From assembly GCA_040397585.1 (NCBI GenBank), contig JBBAVS010000006.1, forward strand, positions 669 to 64,668: a stretch of DNA of 64,000 nt, written 5' to 3'. This document shows, piece after piece, positions 10,166 through 20,902 of the stretch (the first letter of the stretch is position 1; each line of letters begins with the position of its first letter). The position numbers and the translations under genes were made by a program. The notes under the pieces are model-generated. The model searched no databases. It saw only the letters and a program-made list of their open reading frames with translations, and had not been told where the DNA came from. This DNA comes from Pirellulales bacterium. Its GTDB lineage: Bacteria; Planctomycetota; Planctomycetia; Pirellulales; UBA1268.

Positions 10166-10425
10166 GGAAATGGCTCCTTGCCACGAGCATCCGTGCATGG
10201 TTCTCACATCCACTCCCCCGGATGCTCTGGGAGGGGAGCGGACGACGATTCGGTGCGTTGACCACGGTGATTACTCACCATCGACCACGTACCGGTAGAG
10301 AGTTGTGGATGATGGCCGGGAAAACTGTCAAGAGAAATTTCGAAAAAAATCCCGCTCTTCTCCGGTCCGTCACCGCGCCGAGTGACTCCACCGATCACGA
10401 TCGACGTCGCGCGCGACCGCTTTGG

Positions 10426-11646
10426 TCACGCTTCGGCGTGGGTTGCGGCGAGCTTGCGTGTCGCCCACGCCGTCAGCATCGTCACCTGCGCGGCGAACGA
10501 CTGCTCCTCCACGCCGATCGGGCTCTTGAAGAAGCACGCGAGCCACTCGAGCGGCCCCCGCTCTCCGTCGCGCTGGGCCCGCTCGACGAGCCGCACGAGG
10601 TCGAGCACCAGCGGCGCCGCGAGGATCGAATCGCAGCCCTGCCAGGTGAACTGCAGCGTCATCGGCGTTCCCAGGAATCCCCGGAAGTGGATGTGGTCCC
10701 AGGCGGTCTTCCAGTCGCCAAGGCTCCGGATGTACTCGATCGAGACGTGCGTCTGCGGTGGGTAGCCGAGGATCGCGGCCAGGAGGTGGTCCTTGCTCTT
10801 CACCTTGGCGGCCTTGTTCCGCGGATCGTCGAGCACCTTGCCGTCCATGTTCCCGAAGATGTTGTGGCCCACCCAACTCATCACCTCGAGATGGCGGGCG
10901 GCGAACATCGGGGCCAGCACGCTCTTGAGCAGCGTCTCGCCCGTCTTGCCGTCGCAGCCGGCGTGGGCGATGCCTCGGGTCAGGGCGACCTCCTGCAGGC
11001 AGGCGGGGGTGGCCCCGGTCGAGGGCGTGAAGTTGATGTAGCTCGCCCCCACCTCGGCCGCCGCCAGGAAATAGAGGCTGCTCGATGGCAGCGGGCAGCG
11101 GTCGGGATCGTCGAGCAGCGGCTCGAGCTCGGCGAACCCGCAGGGGATCGGCAGGACTGGAGGCGGCTCGGTCGAGGCCACGTTGACGACCACGACGTGG
11201 TCGAGCCGCTCGGCGGCGGCGAACTCCGCGAGGTCGCGGTGGATTCTCGCGACGGCCGCCCGCGGCGTCTCCACCACCGCGGCCGCTTCGGAATCGGCGA
11301 GGCTGCGGATGCGGTCGCCCGACGCGACGAGCGTGCCGGGCCGCAGCCGCGGCTCGACCTCCGCGAAGAACGATGCCGCGCCATCGATCAGGTCGGGCGG
11401 GATGGCCCGGCTCTCATTCCACATCCGCCGCGCCTCGTCGCCCAGCCGGCCGGAGCGGATGTCGTGACCGCCGACGACGAGATCTCCGAAGGCGGCGAGG
11501 CCGAGGCGGTTGAATGGATCGGTCTCGGTGACGAGGCCCACCGGATCGATCGCGCCGCGGCGGAGCGCCGCCAGGCCGGTCATCATCGTGGTGGCCACGC
11601 CCCCTTTGGCACCGACGAGCCAGACTCCGACGCGTCGCGTGGCCAT
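10426..11646 (-). CDS. ino1: myo-Inositol-1-phosphate synthase
   Basis: Start reset to the ATG at 11646 (MATRRVGVWLVGAKGGVATT... Rossmann N-terminus). Contains NVASTE, SYINFTPS, GKTGETLLKS and the IEYIRSLGDWKTAWDHI block typical of the bacterial/archaeal MIPS family. Confidence 0.9.
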   Translation of the reverse strand: MATRRVGVWLVGAKGGVATTMMTGLAALRRGAIDPVGLVTETDPFNRLGLAAFGDLVVGGHDIRSGRLGDEARRMWNESRAIPPDLIDGAASFFAEVEPRLRPGTLVASGDRIRSLADSEAAAVVETPRAAVARIHRDLAEFAAAERLDHVVVVNVASTEPPPVLPIPCGFAELEPLLDDPDRCPLPSSSLYFLAAAEVGASYINFTPSTGATPACLQEVALTRGIAHAGCDGKTGETLLKSVLAPMFAARHLEVMSWVGHNIFGNMDGKVLDDPRNKAAKVKSKDHLLAAILGYPPQTHVSIEYIRSLGDWKTAWDHIHFRGFLGTPMTLQFTWQGCDSILAAPLVLDLVRLVERAQRDGERGPLEWLACFFKSPIGVEEQSFAAQVTMLTAWATRKLAATHAEA

Positions 11647-11816
11647 GCTTGGGATCCGGCTGGAGGAGCGCAGCGGCGGGGATCGCGGCTGGGAAACGGC
11701 TGCACGGGTGGTATCATTCGATGCCCTTCCAGGGGCGTCAAGCGGCCGCGATCCGGCGGGTACGTCCGCCGCTCGACCTTCCTTCCTTTGAACCCGTAGC
11801 GGAGAGTTCGCGACGC

Positions 11817-13019
11817 ATGGAGTCGAAGAGCCTCGCCACCGCCCGCCGGATGCGGGCCCTCGAGCCGTCCGCCACGCTGGCGATGGCCGCACGTGCCTCC
11901 GCGATGACCGCCGCCGGCATCGACGTCATCGACCTCTCGGTGGGCGAGCCCGACTTCCCGACCCCCGACCATATCTGCCGGGCCGCCGAGGAGGCGATCC
12001 GCGCGGGCAAGACGAAATACACGCCCGCCGCCGGCATTCCCGCCCTCAAGAAGGCCGTGGCCGACGACTACGGCCGCCGCACGGGGCTGACCGTCACGCC
12101 GGCGCAGGTCGTGGTCTCCAACGGCGCCAAGCACGCCCTGCACAACGTGTTCACCGCGGTGCTCGACGAGGGGGACGAGGTGATCGTGCCGACTCCCTAC
12201 TGGGTCAGCTACGCCGAGCTCATCAAGCTCGCCGGGGCCAAGCCGATCCTCCTCGAGACCCGGATCGAAGACGACTTCAAGCTTCATCCCGATGCCCTGC
12301 GGGCCGCGCTCACGCCCCGCTCCCGGATGCTCCTGCTCTGCTCGCCGAGCAACCCGACCGGCGTCGTCTACTCGGCCGCCGAACTCGGGGCCCTGGCCGA
12401 CGTGGCCATCGAGCGGGATCTCGCGGTGGTGGCCGACGAAATCTACGACCAGCTGGTGTACGACGGCCGGCCGAGCATCTCGTTCCCCACGCTGCGGCCC
12501 GGTCTCGCCGACCGCACGGTCGTCGTGGCCGGCGTGAGCAAGACCTACTCCATGACCGGCTGGCGGATCGGCTGGACGATCGCGCCCGAACCGCTCTCCA
12601 AGGCGATCGGCAATCTCCAGAGCCAGGAGACGAGCAACCCCTGCAGCATCAGCCAGCACGCCGCGGTCGCGGCCCTCACCGGCCCGCAGGCGTGTGTCAC
12701 GGAGATGCTCCGGGCGTTCCAGCAGCGGCGCGACCTCGTGGCGGGGCGGCTCGTGGCGCTGCCGGGCGTGCGGATCCCCGAGATCGGCGGCGCCTTCTAC
12801 GCCTTCTTCGACATCCGCGAGCCCCTGAAGCGGATGGCGACCCAGGGCATCGGCACGAGCATGCAGTGGTGCGAGACGCTCCTGGAGAAGCATCACGTGG
12901 CCCTCGTCGCCGGCAGCGCCTTCGGCGCGGAGGGCTTCGTGCGGATGTCGTTCGCGGCTTCCGAGGAGAAGCTCGCCGCGGGCCTCGATCGGATCGCGGC
13001 CTTCCTCGATCACGGGTGA
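11817..13019 (+). CDS. PLP-dependent aspartate/aromatic aminotransferase (class I)
   Basis: Start reset to the ATG at 11817. Contains IDLSVGEPDFPTP, KYTPAAGIP, NGAKHAL, PSNPTG, and SKTYSMTGWRIG (the Schiff-base Lys motif). Confidence 0.9.
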   Translation: MESKSLATARRMRALEPSATLAMAARASAMTAAGIDVIDLSVGEPDFPTPDHICRAAEEAIRAGKTKYTPAAGIPALKKAVADDYGRRTGLTVTPAQVVVSNGAKHALHNVFTAVLDEGDEVIVPTPYWVSYAELIKLAGAKPILLETRIEDDFKLHPDALRAALTPRSRMLLLCSPSNPTGVVYSAAELGALADVAIERDLAVVADEIYDQLVYDGRPSISFPTLRPGLADRTVVVAGVSKTYSMTGWRIGWTIAPEPLSKAIGNLQSQETSNPCSISQHAAVAALTGPQACVTEMLRAFQQRRDLVAGRLVALPGVRIPEIGGAFYAFFDIREPLKRMATQGIGTSMQWCETLLEKHHVALVAGSAFGAEGFVRMSFAASEEKLAAGLDRIAAFLDHG

Positions 13020-13042
13020 CCCGGGCCTCGGGGCCAGACGCC

Positions 13043-14251
13043 ATGGCCGCCGTTTCGCCCGCCACGGAACCGATCTACCTCGATCACGCCGCCGCCACGC
13101 CGCTTGATGCCCGCGTGGCCGAGGCGATGCAGCGGGCGGCGGCCGCAGCCTTCGCGAATCCCTCGAGCCCCCATGCCGCGGGCCGCCGCGCGAGGGCGGC
13201 GCTCGAGGACGCCCGCGACCGCGTCGTGTCCCTGCTCGGGGGCCGTTCGACGGGCGGCATGCGCGACCGGCTGATCTTCACGAGCGGAGCCACGGAGGCC
13301 AACCGGCTGGGCATGCTCGGCACCGCGGGAGAGACTCCGGGCACCGTCGCCGTCTCGCCCCGCGACCATGGCAGCCTGCGCGCGGCAGCCGACGAGCTCG
13401 CGGCCCGCGGCTGGCGGCTGTGCCGACTGCCCCTGGCCGCAGACGGCTCCACGCTGCCGGCTGCGGCCCGGCTGGCCGGCTCGACGTCCGGCCGGATGCT
13501 CGTTTCGACCACGCTCGTCTGCGGCCAGACGGGCCTGCGAGAATCGCTCGCCGCGGTCGCCTGTGCAGGGGTGGGCCCGCGGCTGCTCGTGCATGCCGAC
13601 GCCACGCAGGCGGCGGCCTGGGACCCGCTGGACTTCGCGGCGCTTCCGGTCACGAGCCTCGCGCTTGCGCCCCACAAGTTCGGCGGCCCACGCGGGATCG
13701 GCGGCCTGCTCGTCCGCGGCGGCCTCGACGTCGCCCCGCTCACGCCTGGTCCGCAGGAACTCGGCCTGAGGGGTGGCACCGAAGCGGTGTCGCTGGCCGT
13801 GGGCTTTGCCACGGCGCTCGAGATCGCCGTGGCCACCAGGGCGGAGGCCGCGGGGCGGGTCGCGGAGCTTCGCGAGCGGTTCGAGACGGAGTTCGTCGCC
13901 GTGGCGGCTCGGCATGGATTCGCAGCCGTGGTGGTCGGCCGGGATGCCGAGCGGGCGGCCCACATCGCCACGGTCGCCGTGCGGGGCTGCGACCGCCAGA
14001 TGCTCGTGATGGCCTGCGACCTCGCAGGCATCTGCTTGGCGACGGGCACCGCCTGCGCGAGTGGATCGAGCGATCCCTCCCCGGCGGTGGCCGCGCTCGA
14101 CCTGCCCGACTGGGTGGCGCAGTCGGCGGTTCGCGCGAGCCTCGGCGCCACGACGACTCCGGCCGACGTCGCCACCGCCATTCACCGACTCGACGCGGTG
14201 TTTCGCGGGCTGGCGGAGGCGGGGCTTCTCGCTGCGCCGGGCCCCGGCTAG
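13043..14251 (+). CDS. Cysteine desulfurase / class V aminotransferase (NifS/IscS-like)
   Basis: Start reset to the ATG at 13043. Contains IYLDHAAATP, FTSGATEAN, HADATQA, and APHKFGGPRGIGGL (the PLP-Lys motif). Confidence 0.85.
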   Translation: MAAVSPATEPIYLDHAAATPLDARVAEAMQRAAAAAFANPSSPHAAGRRARAALEDARDRVVSLLGGRSTGGMRDRLIFTSGATEANRLGMLGTAGETPGTVAVSPRDHGSLRAAADELAARGWRLCRLPLAADGSTLPAAARLAGSTSGRMLVSTTLVCGQTGLRESLAAVACAGVGPRLLVHADATQAAAWDPLDFAALPVTSLALAPHKFGGPRGIGGLLVRGGLDVAPLTPGPQELGLRGGTEAVSLAVGFATALEIAVATRAEAAGRVAELRERFETEFVAVAARHGFAAVVVGRDAERAAHIATVAVRGCDRQMLVMACDLAGICLATGTACASGSSDPSPAVAALDLPDWVAQSAVRASLGATTTPADVATAIHRLDAVFRGLAEAGLLAAPGPG

Positions 14252-14316
14252 CCTGCCGAAGACGAGTGGGGCACGGATGCCGTCGACGCTGGACTCCGGG
14301 TGCGACAGGGGTATCG

Positions 14317-15111
14317 ATGGCGGCTTCCCGACGCGACCACTGGCCGCACGACCGCATGAGCTGTCCTCCATGGGCCCGGCTGCTCAGCGCGGCCTTCGCG
14401 CGGCTCGCCGATCCGGTCGCGGCCCCGGGGCTCGTCAGCCTCGCGTCGGAGGCGCCGCTCGCGGGCCTGCTGGACGACCTCGAGGGCTTGTGCGGGGTGA
14501 CGGCCGTGAAGGTCTGGCGGATCCCGGGTGCGGAGCTTGGCCGCAGCCTCGCCGCGGAGGCGCGGCCCGTCATCCGCTCCGACGGTGTGCCGCGGCTGGT
14601 GATCGTGGATCGCATCGATCTGGTCGGCGGCCGGCAGCGGCAGCGGGCGGCGGCGGCGTTTCTCGACCACCTGGCCCGCGACGGTGTGTCGGCGTGCATG
14701 ACGCTGGGCCTGACGCGGCCGGCCGGCGCACTCGACCCAGCGCTCGATTCCCGGCTGGCCGCGGGCTTCGTGATCCATGTTCCGCAGCGGCCGCCGGAAC
14801 AGCCGGCCGAGCCCCGATCGGCCTGGTCGCTGGCCCGGATCATCCGCACCGCCGCCAGCCGTCATGGCCTCTCGGCAGCCGCCCTGGCCGGCAGCGGACG
14901 CTCGCGGCAGATCGTGGAGGCGCGAAATCTGGCGATGTATCTGGCCCGGCAACTCACGCGGAGCAGCTTCGACACGATCGGAGCGGCGTTCGGCCGACGT
15001 GATCACACCACCGCGATGCGTGGCGTGCGGGCGGTCGAAGCCCGGATGACCACCGACGCCGCCTTCGCGGCCGATGTCGAGCGACTGCTCGCCGCACGTC
15101 GGAGAGCGTGA
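14317..15111 (+). CDS. Truncated DnaA-like protein: degenerate AAA+ remnant plus conserved DnaA domain IV (DNA-binding HTH)
   Basis: Track ORF 13420.. trimmed to the ATG at 14317, since the upstream gene ends at 14251. Domain IV: RSRQIVEARNLAMYLARQLTRSSFDTIGAAFGRRDHTTAMRGV. Walker-B/box VII-like RLVIVDRIDLVGG and LDSRLAAGFVIHVPQ are present. No GxxGxGK[T/S] P-loop is present. Confidence 0.75.
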   Translation: MAASRRDHWPHDRMSCPPWARLLSAAFARLADPVAAPGLVSLASEAPLAGLLDDLEGLCGVTAVKVWRIPGAELGRSLAAEARPVIRSDGVPRLVIVDRIDLVGGRQRQRAAAAFLDHLARDGVSACMTLGLTRPAGALDPALDSRLAAGFVIHVPQRPPEQPAEPRSAWSLARIIRTAASRHGLSAAALAGSGRSRQIVEARNLAMYLARQLTRSSFDTIGAAFGRRDHTTAMRGVRAVEARMTTDAAFAADVERLLAARRRA

Positions 15112-15150
15112 GCGGAATCGCCCCACCGCAGGACCGAACCTTCGTTCGAC

Positions 15151-15260
15151 GAGCTCGGGGCTGCCACGAGATCCCCATCGCTGACGCGATTGGGCTTCCT
15201 GAGGCCCGAGCGGCGCGGCATCCAAAGGCTGGGACCCGCAGGTTGAAAACCTGCGGCCAC
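15151..15260 (+). repeat. Solo composite intergenic repeat (inverted partial module A + module B + hairpin module H)
   Basis: GAGCTCGGGGCTGCC (15151-15165), CCCCATCGCTGACGCGATTGGGCTTCCTG, then CCGCAGGTTGAAAACCTGCGGCCAC at 15236-15260. The same modules occur at 20081-20384. Confidence 0.85.
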
Positions 15261-15785
15261 TCTCCGGCGGCCACTGTCAGGTGGCCACGCCGCATCGAGT
15301 GTCGGGCGGGTGTCGGTTCTGCGATGGCCGTGCGGTGCCGGCGTTCGCGACGATTCGGCCGACCAGCCTCGGGCGGCGACCTGGCAGCGTCGAACACTCA
15401 GAATGGAAGTCATCTACCAGCATCAAGTCTCCCAGCCGACGGCCCGACCGCGAGTTCAACGACCCGCTCTCGACATTCGATCGACGAGTTATGCACCCCA
15501 CCGATCAGGCTCCGAAGGTCAGCCGCGAGCGGGGTTTCCTGGGCATTTGCCGGCTCGAGCGGCAGGGGCCGCATCGCGGTCGTGGTGGTGGCCTGCAACG
15601 CTCCTTCTCCTAGGTCTCTTGCCTGCTGCCGACTCCTTTCATTTCAGAGATTGAGAAAGCAAGAATTACGGCCCCCGACCGGGCTTGTCGGCGGTGGGCG
15701 GAGACCGCGGCCGCCCGTTCCGGAGCGGGGTTTTTCGGGTACAGTAAGGGCTCCCTCCAACCGGCCCCGAGGACCTGTGCCGACG

Positions 15786-16898
15786 ATGAAGATTCGCTGT
15801 CCCAAGGAGTCGTTGCTCGCCGCCCTGCAGAGCGCCTCGGCGGTCGTGCCCTCGCGGTCACCCAAGCCCGTCCTCACGAATGTCAAGGTCGAGGCCACGC
15901 GCGACGCCGTGGTGGTGATGGCCACCGATCTCGAGGTCGGCATCCGGATCGAACTCGAGGGCGTGGAGACGGTCGCGCCGGGGGCCGTGCTCCTGCCGAG
16001 CGGGCGGCTGATGGCGATCGTCCGCGAGAGCCCGGCTGGCACCGTGTTCGACATTCATTCCGACGGCACCGCGGCGCTCGTCAAGGCGCCGCGGAGTGAG
16101 TTTCGCCTCCCCGCGGAAGACCCGCTGGAGTTTCCGGCGGTCGCCACCTTTCCGGGAGGCGGGTGCGTGGAACTGGCCACTCCCCTGGTTCGTGAACTGG
16201 TCCGGCGGACGGTCTTCGCCACCGACAACGAGTCGAGCCGCTACGCGCTCGGCGGCGTGCTCGTGGAGATGGCACCCGCGGCCGTGATCGCCGTTGGCAC
16301 CGATGGCCGCCGGCTGGCGCGGATGCAGGGCCCCGCGGAGACCCGCGACGGCGGCCTCGGCGAGGCGCAGCCGATCGTTCCGGCCCGGGCCATGCAGCTC
16401 GTCGAACGCTGCCTGGGAGCGGCCGATCAGCCGGTGCAACTGGCCGTGAGGGGCAACGAGATCCTGGTGAAGACCGGCGGGACGACGATCTCCGCGCGGC
16501 TCGTCGAGGGCCGGTTCCCCCGGTGGCGCGACGTGTTTCCCGAGCGGCCCGACGCGATCCGGGTGCAGATGGTCGCGGGGTCGCTGCTGGCGGCCGTGCG
16601 GCAGGCGGCGATCGTCACCAGCGAGCAGTCGAAGGGGGTCGATTTCTCGTTCGAGCCCGGGCAGCTCGTGCTCACCGGGCGGTCGGCCGAGAGCGGCGAG
16701 AGCCGGGTGGAACTGCCGCTCGACCACGGCGGCGGCACGGTGAAGATCAAGCTCGACCCGCGGTTCATGGCCGACTTTCTCCGCGTCCTCGATCCCGGGG
16801 CCGCCGTGACGGTGGAGCTGACCGACGCCCAGAGCGCCTGCGTCTGCTCGACCGAAGACGGCTACGGCTACGTGATCATGCCGCTGGCCGCGGACTGA
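15786..16898 (+). CDS. dnaN: DNA polymerase III beta sliding clamp
   Basis: Start reset to the ATG at 15786 (MKIRCPKESLLAALQSASAVVPSRSPKPVLTNVKVEA...). 370 aa with a three-domain clamp pattern. The C-terminus ...YGYVIMPL is typical of DnaN. Confidence 0.92.
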   Translation: MKIRCPKESLLAALQSASAVVPSRSPKPVLTNVKVEATRDAVVVMATDLEVGIRIELEGVETVAPGAVLLPSGRLMAIVRESPAGTVFDIHSDGTAALVKAPRSEFRLPAEDPLEFPAVATFPGGGCVELATPLVRELVRRTVFATDNESSRYALGGVLVEMAPAAVIAVGTDGRRLARMQGPAETRDGGLGEAQPIVPARAMQLVERCLGAADQPVQLAVRGNEILVKTGGTTISARLVEGRFPRWRDVFPERPDAIRVQMVAGSLLAAVRQAAIVTSEQSKGVDFSFEPGQLVLTGRSAESGESRVELPLDHGGGTVKIKLDPRFMADFLRVLDPGAAVTVELTDAQSACVCSTEDGYGYVIMPLAAD

Positions 16899-16921
16899 CC
16901 GAACCCGTGGCTTCGACGACC

Positions 16922-17257
16922 ATGAACCGCCGCCCTTCGCCCGCGTCCTCCGATCCGCTCTCGGTCGGCAGGCTGATGTCGCGACTCCTGGCCCGCACGG
17001 GCTACGACCGCGAGCAGTCGGCGTCGGCGGTCGCCGATGCCTGGCGGGAGGCCGCACCCCCCGCGTTTCGCGACACCTCCCGGGCCGGCACGATCCGCCG
17101 CGGCGTCCTCGACGTGTTCGTCAGCCATTCCGCCCACGTCCAGGAGTTCGGATTCCACAAGCAGGCGATCCTGGCCCGGCTGCGGGAGCTCGTGCCTGCA
17201 GCCGGAATCTCCGATATCCGCTGCCGGCTCCTCGCCGACGTCGATCGCACCACCTGA
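16922..17257 (+). CDS. dciA: DUF721 / DciA-family protein (candidate replicative-helicase loader/operator)
   Basis: 111 aa. Contains ADAWREAAPPAFRDTSRAGTIRRGVLDVFVSHSAHVQEF, the DUF721 pattern, and sits in the classical position between dnaN and gyrB. GTG 16907 is an alternative start. Confidence 0.65.
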   Translation: MNRRPSPASSDPLSVGRLMSRLLARTGYDREQSASAVADAWREAAPPAFRDTSRAGTIRRGVLDVFVSHSAHVQEFGFHKQAILARLRELVPAAGISDIRCRLLADVDRTT

Positions 17258-19771
<2,514 letters not shown>

Positions 19772-19976
19772 GCGTGGTGCGCTGGGGACGTGTGTGCGGT
19801 TCGTCTCAGCGATCGCCGCAGCGGCTCGGAGGCATGCTCGGCGCCGGCGGCACTTGTGAGTTCAGTTCACAAACGGAATGTCGATGTCCGGCTTCCACAA
19901 GTGACACCGGCTTCTGCGCGTGCCTCCGAACCCCTGCTCGCCTGACTCGGAATCAACGTTGTTTTCGCTTTACGGC

Positions 19977-19998
19977 GAGCTCGGGGCTGCCCGTGCCC
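19977..19998 (-). repeat. Isolated inverted copy of repeat module A
   Basis: GAGCTCGGGGCTGCCCGTGCCC is the reverse complement of GGGCACGGGCAGCCCCGAGC found in the tandem array 100 nt downstream. Confidence 0.7.
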
Positions 19999-20080
19999 GA
20001 GAGCCGGCGTTGCTGACAAGCGCAGCCATGGATGGCGGAGCGCAGTCAGCATCGAGCGAGCGGAGCCCAGGATGGGCGCA

Positions 20081-20384
20081 GCGAGCGTCCGGCGATGGGC
20101 ATGGGCAGCCCCGAGCGGGGCGGCATCAAACGGCTGCGATCCGCAGGTTGAAAACCTGCGGCCACTTGGCGATGGGCACGGGCAGCCCCGAGCGGGAACG
20201 CTGACACGATCCCCATCGCTTACGCGATTGGGCTTCCTGGTGGCGAGATGCCGCAGGTTGAAAACCTGCGGCCACTTGGCGATGGGCATGGGCAGCCCCG
20301 AGCGGGGCGGCGACACGATCCCCATCGCTTATGCGATTGGGCTTCCTGATGGAGAGATTCCGCAGGTTGAAAACCTGCGGCCAC
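20081..20384 (+). repeat. Tandem array of three composite repeat units (period 110/109 bp), each ending in the hairpin CCGCAGGTTGAAAACCTGCGGCCAC
   Basis: Hairpin copies at 20141-20165, 20251-20275 and 20360-20384. Units 2 and 3 are nearly identical: TTGGCGATGGGCAYGGGCAGCCCCGAGCGGG..ACACGATCCCCATCGCTTAYGCGATTGGGCTTCCTG..CCGCAGG... Unit 1 lacks module B. Confidence 0.9.
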
Positions 20385-20396
20385 GTTCAGCCGCAC

Positions 20397-20642
20397 TCAG
20401 GCGCCGGGGCGGCGGAAGTGGCGGTAGGCCTGGAGCACGTCATGCAGATCCGACGAGATCGTGACCTCGTCGTCGGCGAAGTCGGTGAGCCAGGTGCGAT
20501 GGCTCGCGACGGCGTCGGCGAGCAGCGGCAGGATTTCGCCGAGCGTCACGCGGACGCCCTGATCGCTGCACTCCTCGACCGCCGCGAAATCCCGCACCGT
20601 GAGGTCGGGCTCGGTGTAGACCCGCAACTTTCGCATCGCCAT
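20397..20642 (-). CDS. Small hypothetical protein (about 81 aa), downstream of floA
   Basis: Track ORF 20397..20693. GGGAGA precedes three in-frame ATGs (20648, 20642, 20636), so the start is uncertain. G/C-ending codons dominate. No recognisable domain. Confidence 0.5.
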   Translation of the reverse strand: MAMRKLRVYTEPDLTVRDFAAVEECSDQGVRVTLGEILPLLADAVASHRTWLTDFADDEVTISSDLHDVLQAYRHFRRPGA

Positions 20643-20844
20643 GGGCATTCTCCCTTGCCGTGGGCATCGCGAAGGCGGCTTCCGGGCTTTCACCCGACCG
20701 TCATCCTGACGGTCAACCGCTCTTCCTTCTTCACCATCGGCAGGAAGGGCCGTCAGGGTTTGGCCGATTTTCCCACCTCCACGGATTGAGCCGGCCGGAG
20801 CCGGCCGTGGGTGGAAAGATGGAGGGGTTGGAAGGACCGGGAGT

Positions 20845-20902
20845 CCCCACGGCTTACGCCGTTGGGCTTCCTGGTTGCGGCTTAGGCCGTCGGGTTTCCT
20901 GG
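20845..20902 (+). repeat. Two tandem variant copies of repeat module B
   Basis: CCCCACGGCTTACGCCGTTGGGCTTCCTGG (20845-20874) and GCGGCTTAGGCCGTCGGGTTTCCTGG (20877-20902). The second copy overlaps the floA stop codon at 20882-20884. Confidence 0.7.

Noticed and set aside
10041-10298. 85-aa + strand ORF (MNPRRANPRRANP...PWPFFFLATFLAAFFFFLAMEMA...) as the real gene at the lysine-repeat locus
   Set aside because: It needs a GTG start with a distant GGAG. About 40 percent of codons in its 3' half end in A/T, unlike real genes here. The Phe-rich helix is simply the antisense reading of the AAG run. It is kept only as a caveat to the micro-ORF call.
10304-10312. DnaA box TGTGGATGA (8/9 match to TGTGGATAA)
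   Set aside because: It is a single isolated copy about 5 kb from the replication genes, with no cluster and no adjacent AT-rich unwinding element. This is most likely a chance match.
20081-20384. CRISPR array (regularly spaced palindromic repeat ending in ..GTTGAAAAC..)
   Set aside because: The roughly 85-nt sequences between the hairpins are themselves near-identical between units rather than unique spacers. There are only three copies, no leader or cas genes are present, and solo copies are scattered in other intergenic gaps. This is a tandem mosaic repeat, not CRISPR.
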